DNA of 63,918 bases, counting the filler, from Hausera hauseri (Eukaryota), in NCBI GenBank assembly GCA_046269625.1. It is 11 parts of 11 records of this genome, joined end to end, with 100 filler letters (N's around TTAATTAATTAA, not from the genome) between each part and the next. Parts side by side here need not be neighbours in the genome. Positions count along the whole stretch, not along the records: positions 59,447 to 63,918 come from JBJURY010564672.1; 10 more parts are not named here. One strand, written 5' to 3'. Below, piece after piece: positions 62,093-63,918 of this stretch. The notes beneath the pieces are model-generated. The model was not told the origin of the DNA. It made no database searches and worked only from the letters and a program-made list of their open reading frames with translations. The first letter of the stretch is position 1, and every line of letters begins with the position of its first letter. The translations under genes were made by a program, and so were the position numbers.

Positions 62093-63918
62093 TTATATGA
62101 AAATTTCCCCAATATTGTGGGAAATGTACGAAACCCACTTCCATCACCGGCAGACTTGAACATGGGGAAGTTTTATCCGACGGAAATTTTACCAACCGGT
62201 TTTCCTGATGTTCCCTTGGTCGGACAACGACGAAACCGTGTCTATTCGACTTGCCAACATCAATTTTACCTCTGTACAAAATGTCGGTGTATCAGCAACG
62301 TGTTGCGTTGCCAGTTGCACATTGCTCATTTTCCTTCTTTCGCCTCCTGTGCCACCGGGTTACATTTTTCGGCTTCGCGAGGCTGTTGACTTTTGTTCGC
62401 CTTGTTCGGATCGTCCGATAGGTCTCGGTCCAAAGTCCATTGCCCGATCTTCTGTTCCTGGAGGAGGGGGTTCTTCGACCTCTAGACATGATGCTCAGTT
62501 GTGAGATAGGTCGATCTGAGCACTTTTTGGGAAGTGGTTACGAGAGGACACTTCTACCTGCTAACGACCTAAATGCATTTAAGCTATCACAAAGTTAGGA
62601 TTACATATTACAATAGACCTGATTTCAGGTGACTTTCAAACTTTATATTGTATGTGAAGTGAAGCCGTCTTTTGTTTTCTCTTGCTTAACCTTGTATTCA
62701 AAAGTAACGAATTAAAACAATCAGGCCTTTGTGACTAGGACATTTTGTTTAAATCAACTTCACATTGTAGAAATAATAGAAATAATATTTTCCTAATATT
62801 TACATGATATCTCAAATCGCGTTGTAACTGAGACTGTAAGAAATGTTCTATGATTATGATCAGCGGTGCAATGTGAAACATGGTTCATCCTAAACATTCT
62901 ATGCTAAGCACCCTGTGCTCAAAAACACGCTATAGATTTTCTTTTTATATTCCCTGAAATTCAAATGTTGGACCTAATTTTTTATTCTCCCTCCATGTAA
63001 TGTTATTAAACTGTGCTTAATATTTCCCAACTGGGCTTGGAACCGGCTGTGGCTATTTTACAGGTTGTTTTTTAATAAAGCAAAGACATTTAATATAACA
63101 ATTATTCCTCCTCAGTGAAGTAATCCTGTACAATTTCCTCCACTCTTTCCTCCGCCTCCGCCAAGTCCTCGAGATTAGTTTCAATACTCTCCTGCTGCGT
63201 CATCCAAAACCTCCATTGCTCAGCATGGAGTTGAGTCATTCAAGGAGGTCTGCCGTTGCCTCGTAATCGTAGCAGCTCCTATGTTAAGTCATCCACCTTT
63301 TTGCAGATCTGCAGGTAATCGGTAGTGAGCTTGGCCTTGTCTTTTTTCATATCCTGCAATGTTTTTCTTGCCAACTGCTTCGCTGAGTAGCTAATGGTGT
63401 TCAATAAAACTCTGCCAGTTTATTCTAAAAATAAATTCCATACATTCTTTGTCCTTTATGACTTACAAAGAAATTTTAAATCAACTTCAATTTAATAATT
63501 AACTAAAAACTACATAGAAAATTAAGCTAAATTTTTTGAAGCTGCCAGCTTCAAAACTATTCCCCAGTAATTGAATTTTGAAGCATTTGACCTTCAGAAG
63601 TAACACATTAAAACAAACGGGCCTTTGTGACCAACAAAGACGTTTTGCTTAAATCAACTTCAAATTAGCAATTAAAAACTAAAAAATTAGACAGTTAAGC
63701 TAATTTTTTTGAAGTCGCTAAAATTCTATATTGCCGAAGATACTGAAAATCGGAGTGGTGTATCTTTTGCGTTCAAAACAACCTACCGAGTATTCAAAAT
63801 TGTAAAATGGCTATTCAAGCTTCTTAGTGGGCATTCAGTATAGTCAAGCTTTCATTAAGTTAGTCAAACGATTATTCAGAATAGACAGCATTCAAAATGT
63901 TGATGCAATCAAAGCATC

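Larger units (their letters stand above)
59447..62559 (+). mobile_element. Right arm of a decayed Polinton/Maverick
   Basis: ATPase - small protein - MCP - protease block, then subterminal repeats and terminus CACTTCTACCT. Confidence 0.8.

Noticed and set aside
62815-63410. PHD-like remnant and a coiled-coil-like minus-strand fragment
   Set aside because: Too short and degraded to assign.

Overview
This window is eukaryotic, not prokaryotic. It consists of 11 unrelated contigs joined by artificial 100-nt spacers (N44-TTAATTAATTAA-N44), so nothing can be inferred across a spacer. Host genes are metazoan-type with very short GT-AG introns (39-69 nt): BolA1, MIF, a G-patch gene, UBL7-like, PAXIP1-like BRCT and FoxN/J-like. 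There are also broken copies of RPS5, NDUFB8 and phytochelatin synthase. Most of the DNA is decayed mobile elements: two CsRN1/Kabuki-type Ty3/Gypsy elements, three other Gypsy elements, a Tc1 transposase, and Polinton/Maverick parts (pPolB, ATPase, capsid, protease, termini). The best candidates for something new are three. (1) A Gypsy family with a chuvirus-like (class III) envelope glycoprotein upstream of pol, apparently in one ORF-X/Env/PTAP-tail/PR-RT-RH polyprotein; the X-env linkage is seen in two contigs. (2) A Gypsy family with no tRNA primer site, whose PBS position is complementary to its own polypurine tract and whose ends are short GC-rich caps rather than matching LTRs. (3) A >1100-codon multi-membrane polyprotein family carrying viral late-domain motifs. 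All protein calls come from motif recognition by eye; no database searches were run.
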